Origin: an uncultured Actinomycetota bacterium
Lineage (GTDB): Bacteria > Actinomycetota > Actinomycetes > JAFAQI01
DNA: 64,000 nt
Assembly: GCA_963814845.1 (NCBI GenBank)
Contig: CAWFEP010000008.1
Coordinates: 13,597-77,596 of the forward strand
Direction of reading: 5' to 3'
The notes below the pieces were generated by a model. The model searched no databases. It was given only the letters and a program-made list of their open reading frames with translations, and was not told the DNA's origin. The first letter of the stretch is position 1, and the number at the start of each line of letters is the position of its first letter. This document shows, piece by piece, positions 10,338 through 20,729 of the stretch. A program made the position numbers and the translations under genes.

Positions 10338-10825
10338 CGGTGTCCGTGGCGCCAGGCCATGTGAGCGACGACCAGCGAAACGTCGGCGTCGATGGCGTCG
10401 CCGGCGGCAATCCGGCATTCGGGTAGCAACGACGCGTTCGGGCCCGCCGGGGTGTATCTATCCGCCGGTTCTCGCGATCATGGTGGTGGGCCGTTTTCAC
10501 TGCCTTGTGCAAGTGGGGATGGTCAAGGCCCCGTCCGATGCCCCCAACGTCGGGCGGGGCCGCTGTGCGCCCGTGGCGAAGTCGATCAAGGGTTCAACCT
10601 TCGGCGCTTCGGTGTCGATCTTGTCTGTGATCGGGCTTGGATCCCCATCGGGCTCGGTCTAGGCCTCGGGCCGCTGTGTGGGGACATGCGGCCTGAGGCC
10701 GCCTGCGCTGCGGCGTACTATCGGGTTCGGACAGTTGTGTGGTGTCCGCCGTATAACAGCATGCGGGTTGGCCGGTATTGACCGGTCGGCCTTCGGGCCG
10801 ACCTTGTTCCATCTGAGGTGCCCGA

Positions 10826-11109
10826 TGACCTCTCGATCCTCGTCGTTGGCAAGGTTGCAGACCAGCCGGGCGCTTCTCGCCGCAGTTGATCAGCTTGCCG
10901 AAGAGTTTCCCCACCTCTCCTTGCCAGCGATCTACGTCGCGGTGGGAGACGCCCGGGTCTTGGCTGCTCGTCGGTTGCCGAACGTCCGGCTCTATCGAGA
11001 GGCGCTCGAGTCCGAGGCGCGCGCCCGCTTGCGGCTGGAGGCCAACGCAGGCTTGATCGAGGTCAGCGCCGGCACGTCGGGCGCCCGGCTGGACATCGTG
11101 AAGCCGTAA
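10826..11109 (+). CDS. Hypothetical small helical protein (resembles three-helix-bundle dimerization-type proteins)
   Basis: AVDQLAEEFPHL...LESEARARLR pattern; start position uncertain. Confidence 0.4.
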
Positions 11110-11156
11110 GCCCGCGACGACGAGCGAGTGCGTCGCTCTAGTCGGCGTCGGGTCGT

Positions 11157-11536
11157 CTACTCGGGCTGATGCAGGAGCGCCCGGTCTCCGGCGGCCTCAT
11201 CGCGGTCGAGCGCAGCGAAGTGTCGGTCACCAAGCGATGCTTGCCGATCGCGCGCGGCTGCCTCGCGGTCGCCGTCGGTGTCATGGTCGAGTCCGGCGTC
11301 GCGGTGCCCGACGGCCACGAAATCGCGCCGCATAGCTTCGTCATCGCGGGCGCGGGCGGCCCGGTCGCGCCGCACCGCGGCGAGGTCACGCTGGTCGGCT
11401 GCGGCGATTGCCTCCGCCACCGTCCGTCCCCGATCAGCGGACGGGGTGCCCGCGTGGTCGATGGCCAGGTCGCGCGGTTCGGTCTCCGAGTCGGCCTGGC
11501 CGGGAGTCTGGCATCAAGGCGGTCGTCTAAATCCAT
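11157..11536 (-). CDS. Hypothetical protein with DR-xx-AA repeats (probable frameshift near 5' end)
   Basis: DQRDLAAVRRDRAARARD...DREAAARDRQASLGDRHFAALDRDEAAGDR; GAAGGTAGG RBS before ATG at 11536. Confidence 0.5.
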
Positions 11537-11742
11537 GTCGGCACCTACCTTCGTGAGACCTCGATGACCCCATAAAGCAGGCGGCAGGCTCAACGTTTTC
11601 ACGTCGTTGTGCCGTTCATCCGTCACGCGGGGTCTGGGCATGACGCCGACAGGCTACGGTCACGAACGGTGCGTCGCAAGAGGTCGAATGCCCCAATTTG
11701 GGAGGCGCCGTTCGGCCTATGGGTCGGCGTCGACAGGCGAGC

Positions 11743-11964
11743 TCAGATCGATTCCGGCTCGGAGAGTACGACGACGCTGGTGTCCCCGTCCCGCCAGCCG
11801 TATCTGGTGTTGGGTGGCATCGGCTCCCCGCCGAAGGAGTGAGGGGTGCTGAGCGCCGCTTCGTGCTCGCTGTGAGGGCCAGAGAGGTGGCAAAGGGCGC
11901 GTACCGTCAGCCGCTCGTCCGGCACCCGCCGACCACAGATCTCCCGAACATTCGGCTCGATCAC
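11743..11964 (-). CDS. Small hypothetical protein with Cys/His cluster
   Basis: C...CHLSGPHSEH; GTGA overlap with the upstream ORF. Confidence 0.4.
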   Translation of the reverse strand: MIEPNVREICGRRVPDERLTVRALCHLSGPHSEHEAALSTPHSFGGEPMPPNTRYGWRDGDTSVVVLSEPESI

Positions 11965-12107
11965 TCGGCGAGCCAGTCGGGTGCGTCGGCGCGGTAGAGC
12001 CAGACCGACCCGAACTCGTCGCGATACTGGTCAAGCTCCGGCCCGACGGGCGTCGTCCCACGGTGGGGTTCAGGCGCCGGTCCGTCCGCGGGTTCTTCCG
12101 GTTCCAC
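11961..12107 (-). CDS. Small acidic hypothetical protein
   Basis: GGAAGGA RBS before GTG at 12107; MEPEEPADGP...DEFGSVWLYRADAPDWLAE. Confidence 0.4.
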   Translation of the reverse strand: MEPEEPADGPAPEPHRGTTPVGPELDQYRDEFGSVWLYRADAPDWLAE

Positions 12108-12329
12108 TAGCGCAGTCCTTCCAGGCGACCAACGATCAACAGGTAGCCCGCACGCTGCTGGCGGGAGGATCACATCACCGCAAAAACACACAATATCGCG
12201 ACGCCAGCGCGCTGCGCCGCTGGGTTTTGATCACGTTTGCGAGATTGTCGGCGCAACGCACCGCAGCAGTGCTGGCGGTTGGGCCATCGGGCGCATTGAG
12301 CCACGACCGAGTGGCCCGATGCGTTATGT

Positions 12330-12728
12330 ATGGTCAAGGCTTCGGTGGCGCTGGTAGTCGGAATGTCGATCACGCTCGGTCTATCAGGGGCCGCCATCGC
12401 CACTGCCGGCACGGAGCGCCAGGCCCAGTTGCCCCAGGCTCACTGCCTTCATCTGCCGGGCCACGCGCCCGCTCACGCGAGGCGATCGAGCGCCCACCAG
12501 GCGCGGCGGCGAACGGCTCCTCGCGGCTCAGTCGTTGTCTCGGTCCCACGGGCCGTCTTTATCCGGGACGTCGGTGGCTGCGTGACCGTCACGACCAACA
12601 CCGGCGAGCGGCCGCAGCCAGCCGACATCTTCTACGATCTGCGACACGGCCACGCCAAGATCGCCAGCGCAGCCGTTCGGGCCTGGATCCTCGACGATGC
12701 ATCTGGGCGCTCTCGCGACCGCCTGTGA
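12330..12728 (+). CDS. Hypothetical secreted protein
   Basis: Signal-peptide-like hydrophobic N-terminus (..GAAIA); C-terminal VTVTTNTGERP. Confidence 0.45.
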   Translation: MVKASVALVVGMSITLGLSGAAIATAGTERQAQLPQAHCLHLPGHAPAHARRSSAHQARRRTAPRGSVVVSVPRAVFIRDVGGCVTVTTNTGERPQPADIFYDLRHGHAKIASAAVRAWILDDASGRSRDRL

Positions 12729-12833
12729 CGCTCGCAAGGCAGCGCGGGATCGCGAATACGCGCGCTGCCAACGGCGGCCGGTTCGCTCAACCAACCGATG
12801 ACGCACGCAACTTTTGTATTGCTGCCTGCTGCG

Positions 12834-13403
12834 TCAGACGTTGGTGCCGGCGTAGTAGTCAGTGAATGTGCCGGGCGTCGACGCGGCGCACAGGCCAGGA
12901 GCCGAGAAGCGGCCACGCACCGCGGTTGTCTTGTCCTTGACCAGTTTGGTGTGCAGGACGAAGCGCCCGGTGATCTTGACGTGGACTCGATAGCTGATCC
13001 CCGACTGGGTCTCATCCGGAGTCAGCGTGAGGGTCTTGGAGTAGCTGAAGTGTCCGTTCTTGGCGATCGCCACGCTCGCTCCGCGCGGAATATCGATGAG
13101 CTGCACGGCATAGCTCAAGATGCCCTTGCTCACGGCAGTGGGATTGGGCAGGCACGTCGCGCCGCCTGGCCAACCGACTCGTTTGCCGTGCTTTTTGACC
13201 GTCAACTCGACGTCCGCCGAGTGGTACTTCTTGAGGTCCTTGGATGAGGAGGAGAAGAAGCCGTCCGGCGGACGGTTCTTGACCGTCACGGGGTGTGGGT
13301 GTTTGGCTCCAACGGTTCCAGCCGCGAAGGCCACGCTGACGGTGGATATCGCCACGAGCATTGCCGCGGCAAGGACGGCCGTTAGCCGTCGACGTCGTTT
13401 CAT
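12834..13403 (-). CDS. Hypothetical secreted beta-rich protein
   Basis: MKRRRRLTAVLAAAMLVAISTVSVAFA signal peptide; AAAGGGG RBS; two Cys. Confidence 0.65.
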   Translation of the reverse strand: MKRRRRLTAVLAAAMLVAISTVSVAFAAGTVGAKHPHPVTVKNRPPDGFFSSSSKDLKKYHSADVELTVKKHGKRVGWPGGATCLPNPTAVSKGILSYAVQLIDIPRGASVAIAKNGHFSYSKTLTLTPDETQSGISYRVHVKITGRFVLHTKLVKDKTTAVRGRFSAPGLCAASTPGTFTDYYAGTNV

Positions 13404-13464
13404 CGCAGACCCCCTTTGTTGACCGGGCAATGACGTTAGCGCCTGAGGATTAGTACGTGCAGCC

Positions 13465-14109
13465 TTAGCGGCCCGGCGCCTTGATCCCGTCACAGACGAT
13501 ATCGATCATTCGCTGGCTGGCTGCATCGTCGAGACCGGAGTTCTGGGCGGCCTGGCAGGTGCCCATGATCAGCCCGATGATCTCCTCGGCGCCGACATCA
13601 GAGCGGATGGCGCCGGCAGCCTTGACGCGCGTCGACGAGACGGTCGACGGCGCGCTTCATGCTCGTCGACGGTTTCTGCGCACTGCGACTTGATGTCAAA
13701 GCCGGCCGCGCCCATGGCGTCAAACAGGTCGTGCTTGGCCGACGCCTGGCTCGCGAAGTGGCGAAGGAACGCGAACAGCGCCGCGGTCGGGTCCTCGGCG
13801 TCGGCGGCACTCGCAGCTTCGGCGACCAGATCCTCGAGGCGGGTCATGACGATCGCTTCGAACAGCGCTTCCTTGGTGGGGAAGTGGCGATAGAGCGTCC
13901 CGACTCCGACGCCGGCCCGCTCGGCGACGGTGTCGACCGGCACCGCAAGGCCCTCGCTGGCGAAGGTGGCTTCGGCGGCCTCGAGGATCCGCTGCCGGTT
14001 CTTGACCGCATCGGCGCGCACCGCCCTGGGCGCACCGACGCTGGCGTCGGCGTCGATCGTCACGGTCGGCGGGCGCGTGCGCTCGCTGTACCGCTGGCTT
14101 CGTTGCCAT
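13465..14109 (-). CDS. TetR/AcrR family regulator (frameshifted at both ends)
   Basis: RADAVKNRQRIL, VAERAGVGVGTLYRHFPTKEAL HTH; C-terminus AGAIRSDV...IVCDGI in another frame. Confidence 0.85.
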
Positions 14110-14149
14110 CGAGTCGTCTCCGTTCATGCCGTTCGACAAACATAAGTGT

Positions 14150-14205
14150 TTGACAAACGGAACCATCGCTCCGTATTGTCTCCATAGACGGAGCGCTCGT
14201 TCCGA
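14150..14205 (+). promoter_or_regulatory. Sigma70-type promoter overlapped by two TetR operator palindromes
   Basis: TTGACA(14150)-N18-TATTGT; ACGGA-N8-TCCGT at 14157-14174 and ACGGA-N8-TCCGA at 14188-14205, between divergent tetR and MFS genes. Confidence 0.7.
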
Positions 14206-14289
14206 TTGTAGCCCCAAGAACCGTGGGACGCCACCGGATCAGCGTCTGAACCGGGATATTTCACCGCAAGCTGCGCAAGGAGATCGACA

Positions 14290-15811
14290 GTGACAACCAA
14301 CGCGATAGCCCAGACAAGTACGTCAGCCGGCTCGGGTCCCGACCCGCGCCGGTATTGGTCGCTCGGTGTGATCGCGATCGCCCAGCTCATGATCGTGCTC
14401 GACGCCTCGGTCGTGGTTGTGGCGCTGCCATCCGCGCAGCGGGCGCTGCACATCTCGCTTGCCGATCGGCAGTGGGTGATGAGCGCATACACCCTCGCCT
14501 TCGGCAGTCTGCTGCTGCTGGGCGGGCGGATCGCCGACTATCTCGGCCGCCGGCGAATGTTCATCGTCGGGCTAATCGGTTTCGGCGCCGCATCTGCGTT
14601 GGGTGGACTGGCCCAGGACCCGGCAATGCTGTTCGGTGCACGTGCGCTGCAAGGCGCCTTCGCTGCGGTGATGGCACCGGCCGCACTATCGCTGCTCACC
14701 GTCACGTTCACCGAGCCCCGCGAGCGGGCCCGAGCATTCGGCGTTTACGGCGCAATCGCGGGCGGTGGCGCGGCGATCGGTCTGGTTCTCGGTGGCACGC
14801 TTGACGCAGCTCGCATCGTGGCGCTGGACGTTGCTGATCAACGTCCCGATCGCGCTTGTCGCGGCTGTGGCCGCGAGCCGCTTCATCCGCGAGAGTCGCG
14901 TCCACGTGCAGGTCCGGTTACGACATTCCAGGAGCCATCGCGGTGACGAGCGGACTGTTCCTTCTTGTCTATGGCTTCACCACGGCCGGCACCGACGGCT
15001 GGGGAGCGCTCGTTGACGGTGGCGCTGCTGGTCGGCGCGGTCATCGCGCTCGGCTCGTTCATCGCCATCGAGCTGCGCTCGGCACACCCGCTGCTTCCGA
15101 TGCGAGTGATGCTTGACCGCAACCGTGGTGGCTCGTTCCTGGCATCGCTCCTCGTCGGCAGTGCGATGCTCGGCACGTTCTTGTTCTTGACCTACTTCAT
15201 GCAAGGCACGCTGGGATATTCCGCGCTGAAGACTGGGTTCGCGTTCCTCCCGTTCTCCTTCGGGATCATCGCCGGAGCCGGCATTGCCAGCCGACTGCTG
15301 CCTCGCGTCGGTCCGCGCCGCCTCATCGTGGTCGGGCTGGTCCTCGCCGCCGGCGGGCTGCTGTGGTTCACCGGCCTCGGCCGTTGACAGCACCTTCGTC
15401 GCGAACGTGCTGCCACCGGAGATCCTGGTCAGCATCGGGATGGGCATGGCGTTCGTCTCGCTGAGCAACACCGCACTGGTCGGGGTGGACCCGTCCGACG
15501 CAGGTGTGGCCAGTGCACTGGTCAACGCCACGCAACAGGTCGGTGGCGCGCTCGGGACGGCGCTGCTCAATACCGTTGCCGCGACCGCCGCCACCACGTA
15601 TCTCGCCCATCACGTCCTGGGTGCGGCCAACGTGCAGAAGGCTGCGGTGCACGGCTACACCACGGCATTCAGCATCAGCGCAGGGCTGTTGCTGCTCGCT
15701 GCTCTGACCGCCGGACTCCTCATCCGTAGCACCGAGGACGCGATGGTTGTCGACCCAATCGACATGGCAGAGCTCGAGCAACTTGACCCTGAGCCCGCGA
15801 CCGCCTTCTAG
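14290..15811 (+). CDS. DHA2 (14-TM) MFS efflux transporter, several frameshifts
   Basis: QLMIVLDASVVVVALP, GGRIADYLGRRR, WRWTLLINVP, ASALVNATQQVGGALG across four frame segments. Confidence 0.85.
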
Positions 15812-16033
15812 CAGCCGGCGAAAATCACGGCCGGGGGTGGTCGGCCGGCTCGCCGGATTCGAACTGGGCCCGCGCGAGCCAGCACCTGCAGCAGTAGGTG
15901 TCGATCTCCTGGTACCGCTGACGGCATGACCGACAGATCGGCGAAGCCTCAGGTAGCCGGACCGGTTCGTGACCAGCGGTCTGGGCGGACTCGGCTAACT
16001 CTCGTCGATCAGCTGTCGTCTCGGGCGGGCGTG

Positions 16034-16243
16034 TCAGTGAACGCCTTGCGGTAGTCGACGGAGCCGCATGACGGCCTCGCGCTGGATCAGGACGGGCACG
16101 TAGGTCCGGATCCGCGCGTCGCGGAACATCGCTCGGGTCGCCTCGACCTCGGCGTGAACCATCTCTTCGGAGAGCCTGCCGTCGAACTTGCGGAGCAGTG
16201 AGTCCTCGACGCTGCGGATCTGTGAATCCTCGGTCACCTGCAT
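16034..16243 (-). CDS. Three-helix bundle dimerization domain small protein
   Basis: L..KFDGRLSEEMV...FRDARIRTYVPVLIQREA motif; GGAGG RBS. Confidence 0.7.
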   Translation of the reverse strand: MQVTEDSQIRSVEDSLLRKFDGRLSEEMVHAEVEATRAMFRDARIRTYVPVLIQREAVMRLRRLPQGVH

Positions 16244-16448
16244 GTGACACAACCTCCGTGGTGGGGAGCACGGACAGCAGAGTTGTATCTACCTCAGGTG
16301 AACACAAGGTGAACAGAACCTCAACCGGGGCCGAGGCGAGCCGCCGAGGACCGCCTCTGCGCTGTGACGCTGGTGTGACGCCGGGTCGCCACTGTTGACG
16401 CGAAGCCCGGCATCGAGCCGGGGAAAGCTGTCAGCGAGGGAGTGCGGG

Positions 16449-17114
16449 ATGGCAGTCGAAGCCGAGCGATACACGAGTCAGACGAGGCCGGCGGGTCGGT
16501 GGTCCACGGTTGCGCCACTGCTCGGATTGTTGTTCGTCGTGCTCGTGATCGGGTCAGTCACGTTTGGCAACACCCCGGCCACAAGCAAGTCGCCAGCGGT
16601 GGTGTTGGCCTTTTACAAGGCACACCGAAGCCGCGAGTACGTCTCGGCTTTCATTGGGGCGCCTGCAGTGGTCGTTGGGCTGTTCTGGTTTGCCTACCTT
16701 CGGCAGTGGCTACAGCGACGCGACGTGAACGAGCGGTGGGGTGCGGTGGCGTTCGCCGGTGGGATCTTGTTCGCCGTACTTGGCGGCATCGCGGTTGGCC
16801 TCGAGTTGGCACTTGTCGACACTCCGAAGTACCTCACCCCCGACACCGCAGCGGCGTTGAACTTCCTTGAGTCCGACGTCCCATTCATCCTGGCGTCGAT
16901 GGCACTCGGCGTCATCGCCATCGCGGCTGGCATCGCGGCGTTGAAGACTCAGTACCTGCCGACCTGGGTGGGCTGGGTCAGCCTCGTGGTCGGGGTGATC
17001 GCTGTGGCACCCGTTGGCGATTTCATCTCGCTACCCGCGATCGGGGTCTGGGTGCTGTTCATTTGCGCAGTGATGTGGTTCCGCGACGATCCCGACGGCG
17101 CCCTCGCTCCCTAG
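16449..17114 (+). CDS. Integral membrane protein of unknown function
   Basis: About 6 hydrophobic helices; LPTWVGWVS motif; AGGGAG RBS. Confidence 0.7.
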   Translation: MAVEAERYTSQTRPAGRWSTVAPLLGLLFVVLVIGSVTFGNTPATSKSPAVVLAFYKAHRSREYVSAFIGAPAVVVGLFWFAYLRQWLQRRDVNERWGAVAFAGGILFAVLGGIAVGLELALVDTPKYLTPDTAAALNFLESDVPFILASMALGVIAIAAGIAALKTQYLPTWVGWVSLVVGVIAVAPVGDFISLPAIGVWVLFICAVMWFRDDPDGALAP

Positions 17115-17159
17115 AGGCCGCGACAACGCCGCTCCCCGCGCTGCGGTTGACTAACGAAC

Positions 17160-18020
17160 ATGACGTCATGGTTCATTACGGGTGCCGCACGGGGCCTCGG
17201 CCGAGAAATCGCTGAGGCGGCCCTGCGCTTTGGTGATCAGGTTGCTGCGACAGCGCGCGATCCTCAGGTGCTCGCTGCCTTAGGCGACCGGTACGGGGAC
17301 CGGGTTTTGGCGCTGCGCCTCGATGTGACGAATCTGGGGGAGGCGGCTGCGGCACTCGCGGCCGCGCGCGAACGGTTCGGGCGCCTCGACGTGGTCGTTA
17401 ACAACGCGGGCTACGCCAACGTGTCCGCGATCGAGACCACCACGGACGAGGACTTTCGGACGCAGTTCGAGACGAATTTCTGGGGCGTGGTGAACGTGAC
17501 GAAGGCGGCGATTCCGTTGTTGCGTGATCAAGGCGGTGGGCTTGTCATGCAGGTCTCCTCGGTCGGCGGCCGGGTCGGCGGCTCGCCGGGGATCGCGTCA
17601 TACCAAGCCGCGAAGTTCGCTGTCGACGGGTTTAGTCGAGTGCTCGCGGTGGAGACTGCGCCGTTCGGCATCTCGGTCGTGGTTGTGGAGCCGAGCGGGT
17701 TCGCGACCGACTGGGCCGGCTCGTCGATGACGGTGCAGGACGTCGCGCCCGACTACCAACAGACGATTGGTGCAATGAACACGCGCATGAGACAGAATCC
17801 GCAAGGCCCAGCTGGTGATCCGGTGCGCGCGGCCGAGATCATCGTGCGGGTTGCGCACTCCCAGAACCCGCCGACACATCTCCTGCTCGGTGTGAACGCC
17901 GTGGAGATGTCGCTGGACTACTCGCGTCGCCAGATCGCCGAGGCGCAGTCATGGGAAGCGGTCAGCAGGTCCGCGGACTTCAGCGAGCCCTATCCCGCCG
18001 ACCTTCCGGTGTCCGGCTAG
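17160..18020 (+). CDS. SDR family oxidoreductase
   Basis: WFITGAARGLG, NNAG, YQAAK. Confidence 0.9.
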   Translation: MTSWFITGAARGLGREIAEAALRFGDQVAATARDPQVLAALGDRYGDRVLALRLDVTNLGEAAAALAAARERFGRLDVVVNNAGYANVSAIETTTDEDFRTQFETNFWGVVNVTKAAIPLLRDQGGGLVMQVSSVGGRVGGSPGIASYQAAKFAVDGFSRVLAVETAPFGISVVVVEPSGFATDWAGSSMTVQDVAPDYQQTIGAMNTRMRQNPQGPAGDPVRAAEIIVRVAHSQNPPTHLLLGVNAVEMSLDYSRRQIAEAQSWEAVSRSADFSEPYPADLPVSG

Positions 18021-18633
18021 CGCGCTCAACCTGAGCGGGCGCGACGCCGGCGACCACGATGTCGACGACGGCCTGCGCGAACCGATCAGTGAGCGCGAGG
18101 TGCGACTGCAACAGCCGGTGGTAGGCAGCGCCGAAGATCAAGTCGAGCACGACCTCCGGGTCGGTGTCCGGCGAGGCCTCGCCTCGCTCGATGGCTCGCT
18201 CCACCAGCACACGGTGTTGCGCGCGTACCCGGCTCAGGAAACCCTCGCGCCAGATCTCCGCCAACTCGGGGTCTCGCTGGACTTCGGCGACGAGTCCGAC
18301 CAGAGTGCGGCCGGTCACAGTTCCCTTGACGACCTTGATCCACCCGCGCAGGGCAGCCAGCAGGTCGCCGCGAAACGACCCGGTGTCAGGGAGTGGTTGT
18401 CGATTGAGGAAGTCCGTCGCAAACGCCTCGAACACGAGCATGCCCTTGCTCGGCCATCGACGGTAGATGGTGGTCTTGCCGACTCCTGCGCGCTGTGAGA
18501 CTTCGTCAATTGTCAGGTCGGCGAGGCCACGTTCTGCGAGCAGCTCGTTAGCTGCGTCAAGGATGGCGCGATGCGAACGCTCACTGCGGGGCCGACCGCG
18601 TGGTGCGGGTGCTGGCGCCGCAGAATTGACCAT
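17980..18633 (-). CDS. TetR/AcrR family regulator
   Basis: RGRPRS, AGVGKTTIYRRWPSK, PDTGSFRGDL. Confidence 0.9.
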   Translation of the reverse strand: MVNSAAPAPAPRGRPRSERSHRAILDAANELLAERGLADLTIDEVSQRAGVGKTTIYRRWPSKGMLVFEAFATDFLNRQPLPDTGSFRGDLLAALRGWIKVVKGTVTGRTLVGLVAEVQRDPELAEIWREGFLSRVRAQHRVLVERAIERGEASPDTDPEVVLDLIFGAAYHRLLQSHLALTDRFAQAVVDIVVAGVAPAQVERASRTPEGRRDRAR

Positions 18634-18658
18634 GGGACGAATCCTAGCATGCTTATGA

Positions 18659-18679
18659 TACGCTACGGATCGTCTCGTT
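18659..18679. promoter_or_regulatory. Putative TetR operator palindrome
   Basis: ACG-ct-ACG-gat-CGT-ct-CGT in the 67-bp gap between divergent tetR and dehydrogenase genes. Confidence 0.6.
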
Positions 18680-18700
18680 AATAGGTCAGGAGGAACGGCC

Positions 18701-19537
18701 ATGAAGGTCACGATTCTGGGTGCTGGCGGCATGGGTTCGGCGATGGCGAAGCGCCTCTCCGAAACCGGTCATCAGGTGACGAGCTGGGACCGTCACCCCG
18801 ACCACGCGGAGCGCCTCGGCAGTTTCGGTGTGAGGCAGGCTGGCGACGTGGCGTCGGCCGTCGCTGACGCGTCGGTCGTCATCACCATGGTGACGAATGG
18901 TGAAGCGGTGCACGCGGTCGCGGTGAAGATGCTGCCGGCGATGACGTCCGATGTCGTGTGGGTGCAAGCCTCCACCGTCGGGGCCGACTGGGCCGACCGG
19001 CTTCGGGCGCTAGCAGATGCGAACGGTCGGGCAATGCTCGATGCCCCGGTTTCAGGCAGCACCGGGCCGGCGCGGGCCGGAAAGCTGAGTTGGATCGTCG
19101 CGGGTCCAGCGACTGCGGTCGAAACGGCCCGGCCGGTGCTCGACGCACTTGGCGAGCGGGTTCTCGTTGTCGGTGCGGCTGGAGAGGCGAGCCGGCTCAA
19201 GCTCGTCGTCAACACGTGGATGACTGCAGCAACTGTGGCGATGGCAGACGCGCTCGCCGCGTGTGACCGGCTCGGCCTTGCGCGATCGGCGCTGCTCGAG
19301 GTGCTCGAGGGTGGTCCGCTCGCGATGCCCTACGCGTTGCAAAAGGCGCAGCTGATGACGGACCGCGAGTTCACCGCGGGATTCCCGGTCGAGCTTGCGC
19401 TCAAAGATATTCGGCTCGCTGAGGAGGCTGAGGGCGAGCAGCCGCCATTTGTGCACGCGGTTGAGGAACGGCTGCAACGCGCCGTCGATGCCGGCCACGC
19501 ACGCGATGACGTTGCTGCTGTCGCCGCCGTCAACTAA
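18701..19537 (+). CDS. NAD(P)-dependent oxidoreductase, beta-hydroxyacid dehydrogenase family
   Basis: ILGAGGMG, DAPVSGS, LKLVVN, LALKD. Confidence 0.88.
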   Translation: MKVTILGAGGMGSAMAKRLSETGHQVTSWDRHPDHAERLGSFGVRQAGDVASAVADASVVITMVTNGEAVHAVAVKMLPAMTSDVVWVQASTVGADWADRLRALADANGRAMLDAPVSGSTGPARAGKLSWIVAGPATAVETARPVLDALGERVLVVGAAGEASRLKLVVNTWMTAATVAMADALAACDRLGLARSALLEVLEGGPLAMPYALQKAQLMTDREFTAGFPVELALKDIRLAEEAEGEQPPFVHAVEERLQRAVDAGHARDDVAAVAAVN

Positions 19538-19562
19538 CCACGGAACAGAAAGGGAGCCTCCG

Positions 19563-20636
19563 ATGGACATCGCAACGGCGTTCGTGGCGGGGAGCGATCG
19601 GTATTCCAAGCTCGCTTATCGGCGTTCGGGCCGAAGTGGAGTTGAGCTGCCGCTGGTGTCGCTAGGGTTTTGGCAGAACTTCGGCGCAGATCGCCCCATC
19701 GAGGTCCAGCGAGCGATCGTGCGTCGCGCGTTCGACCTCGGCATCACGCACTTCGATCTCGCCAACAACTACGGTCCGCCGTACGGAGTGGCGGAGTCCA
19801 ACGTTGGTCGACTGCTGGCCGAGGACTTCGGGCGTTACCGGGACGAGTTGATCATCAGCACGAAGGCAGGCTGGGACATGTGGCCCGGCCCGTACGGCGA
19901 CCGCGGGTCTCGGAAGTATCTGCTGGCCAGCCTCGACCAGTCGCTGTCCCGGCTTGGGCTGGACTACGTCGACATCTTCTATTCGCATCGTCCCGACCCC
20001 ACGACACCCCTTGAGGAGACGATGGGCGCGCTGCACACCGCGGTGCAGCAAGGCAAAGCGCTCTACGTCGGCATCTCCTCCTACGGCCCCGAGCGCACGA
20101 AGCAGGCCGCGGCGATCCTCCGTGATCTGGGAACCCCGTTGCTCATCCACCAGCCGTCTTACTCGATGCTCAACCGCTGGGTCGAACACGGCCTGCTCGA
20201 CGTGCTGGAAGACGTCGGCGCGGGCTGCATCGCGTTCACCGCGCTGGCGCAGGGGTTGCTCACCCCGAAGTACCTCGACGGCATCCCGGCAGACTCGCGG
20301 GCGGCCGCGCGTAACTCGACGCTGTCCTCAGCAGCGTTGACCGCACACCGCGAGGGGTTGCGTCGGCTCAACCAGCTCGCAGCTGCCCGCGGGCAGTCGC
20401 TGGCACAGCTGGCACTGTCCTGGGTGCTCCGCGACCCGCGCGTCACGTCGGTCGTCGTCGGCGCGAGCTCGGTGCAGCAACTTGAGGACAATATCGCGGC
20501 GACCGAGGAGCTCGAGTTCACCGCAGCCGAGCTCGACTCGATCGATGCAATTGCCGTTGACGACCCGGGCATCGACCTGTGGCGAGAGCAGTCACAGATC
20601 GGCGCCGACAGCAAGGCCCCACATCAGCCGAACTGA
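19563..20636 (+). CDS. mgrA: Aldo/keto reductase, L-glyceraldehyde-3-phosphate reductase type
   Basis: FDLGITHFDLANNYGPPYG, ISTKAGWDMWPGPYG, LLIHQPSYSM. Confidence 0.85.
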   Translation: MDIATAFVAGSDRYSKLAYRRSGRSGVELPLVSLGFWQNFGADRPIEVQRAIVRRAFDLGITHFDLANNYGPPYGVAESNVGRLLAEDFGRYRDELIISTKAGWDMWPGPYGDRGSRKYLLASLDQSLSRLGLDYVDIFYSHRPDPTTPLEETMGALHTAVQQGKALYVGISSYGPERTKQAAAILRDLGTPLLIHQPSYSMLNRWVEHGLLDVLEDVGAGCIAFTALAQGLLTPKYLDGIPADSRAAARNSTLSSAALTAHREGLRRLNQLAAARGQSLAQLALSWVLRDPRVTSVVVGASSVQQLEDNIAATEELEFTAAELDSIDAIAVDDPGIDLWREQSQIGADSKAPHQPN

Positions 20637-20729
20637 TCGTGCCGGAAGCTCTGGATGGCGTTCGAGCTTGGCGCCCCAGAACGCAACGCCCAACTACCTT
20701 GCACTGGTACGCACTGAGTCTGGAGAAGG

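Noticed and set aside
10426-10435. Second GCAACGACGC copy (ANTAR-loop-like)
   Set aside because: Only a 2-bp stem, no partner hairpin, and not next to a credible downstream start.
4025-15811. Programmed frameshifting in the PAP, sugar porter, TetR and MFS genes
   Set aside because: No slippery-site pattern noticed; scattered indels in unrelated families point to sequencing error.
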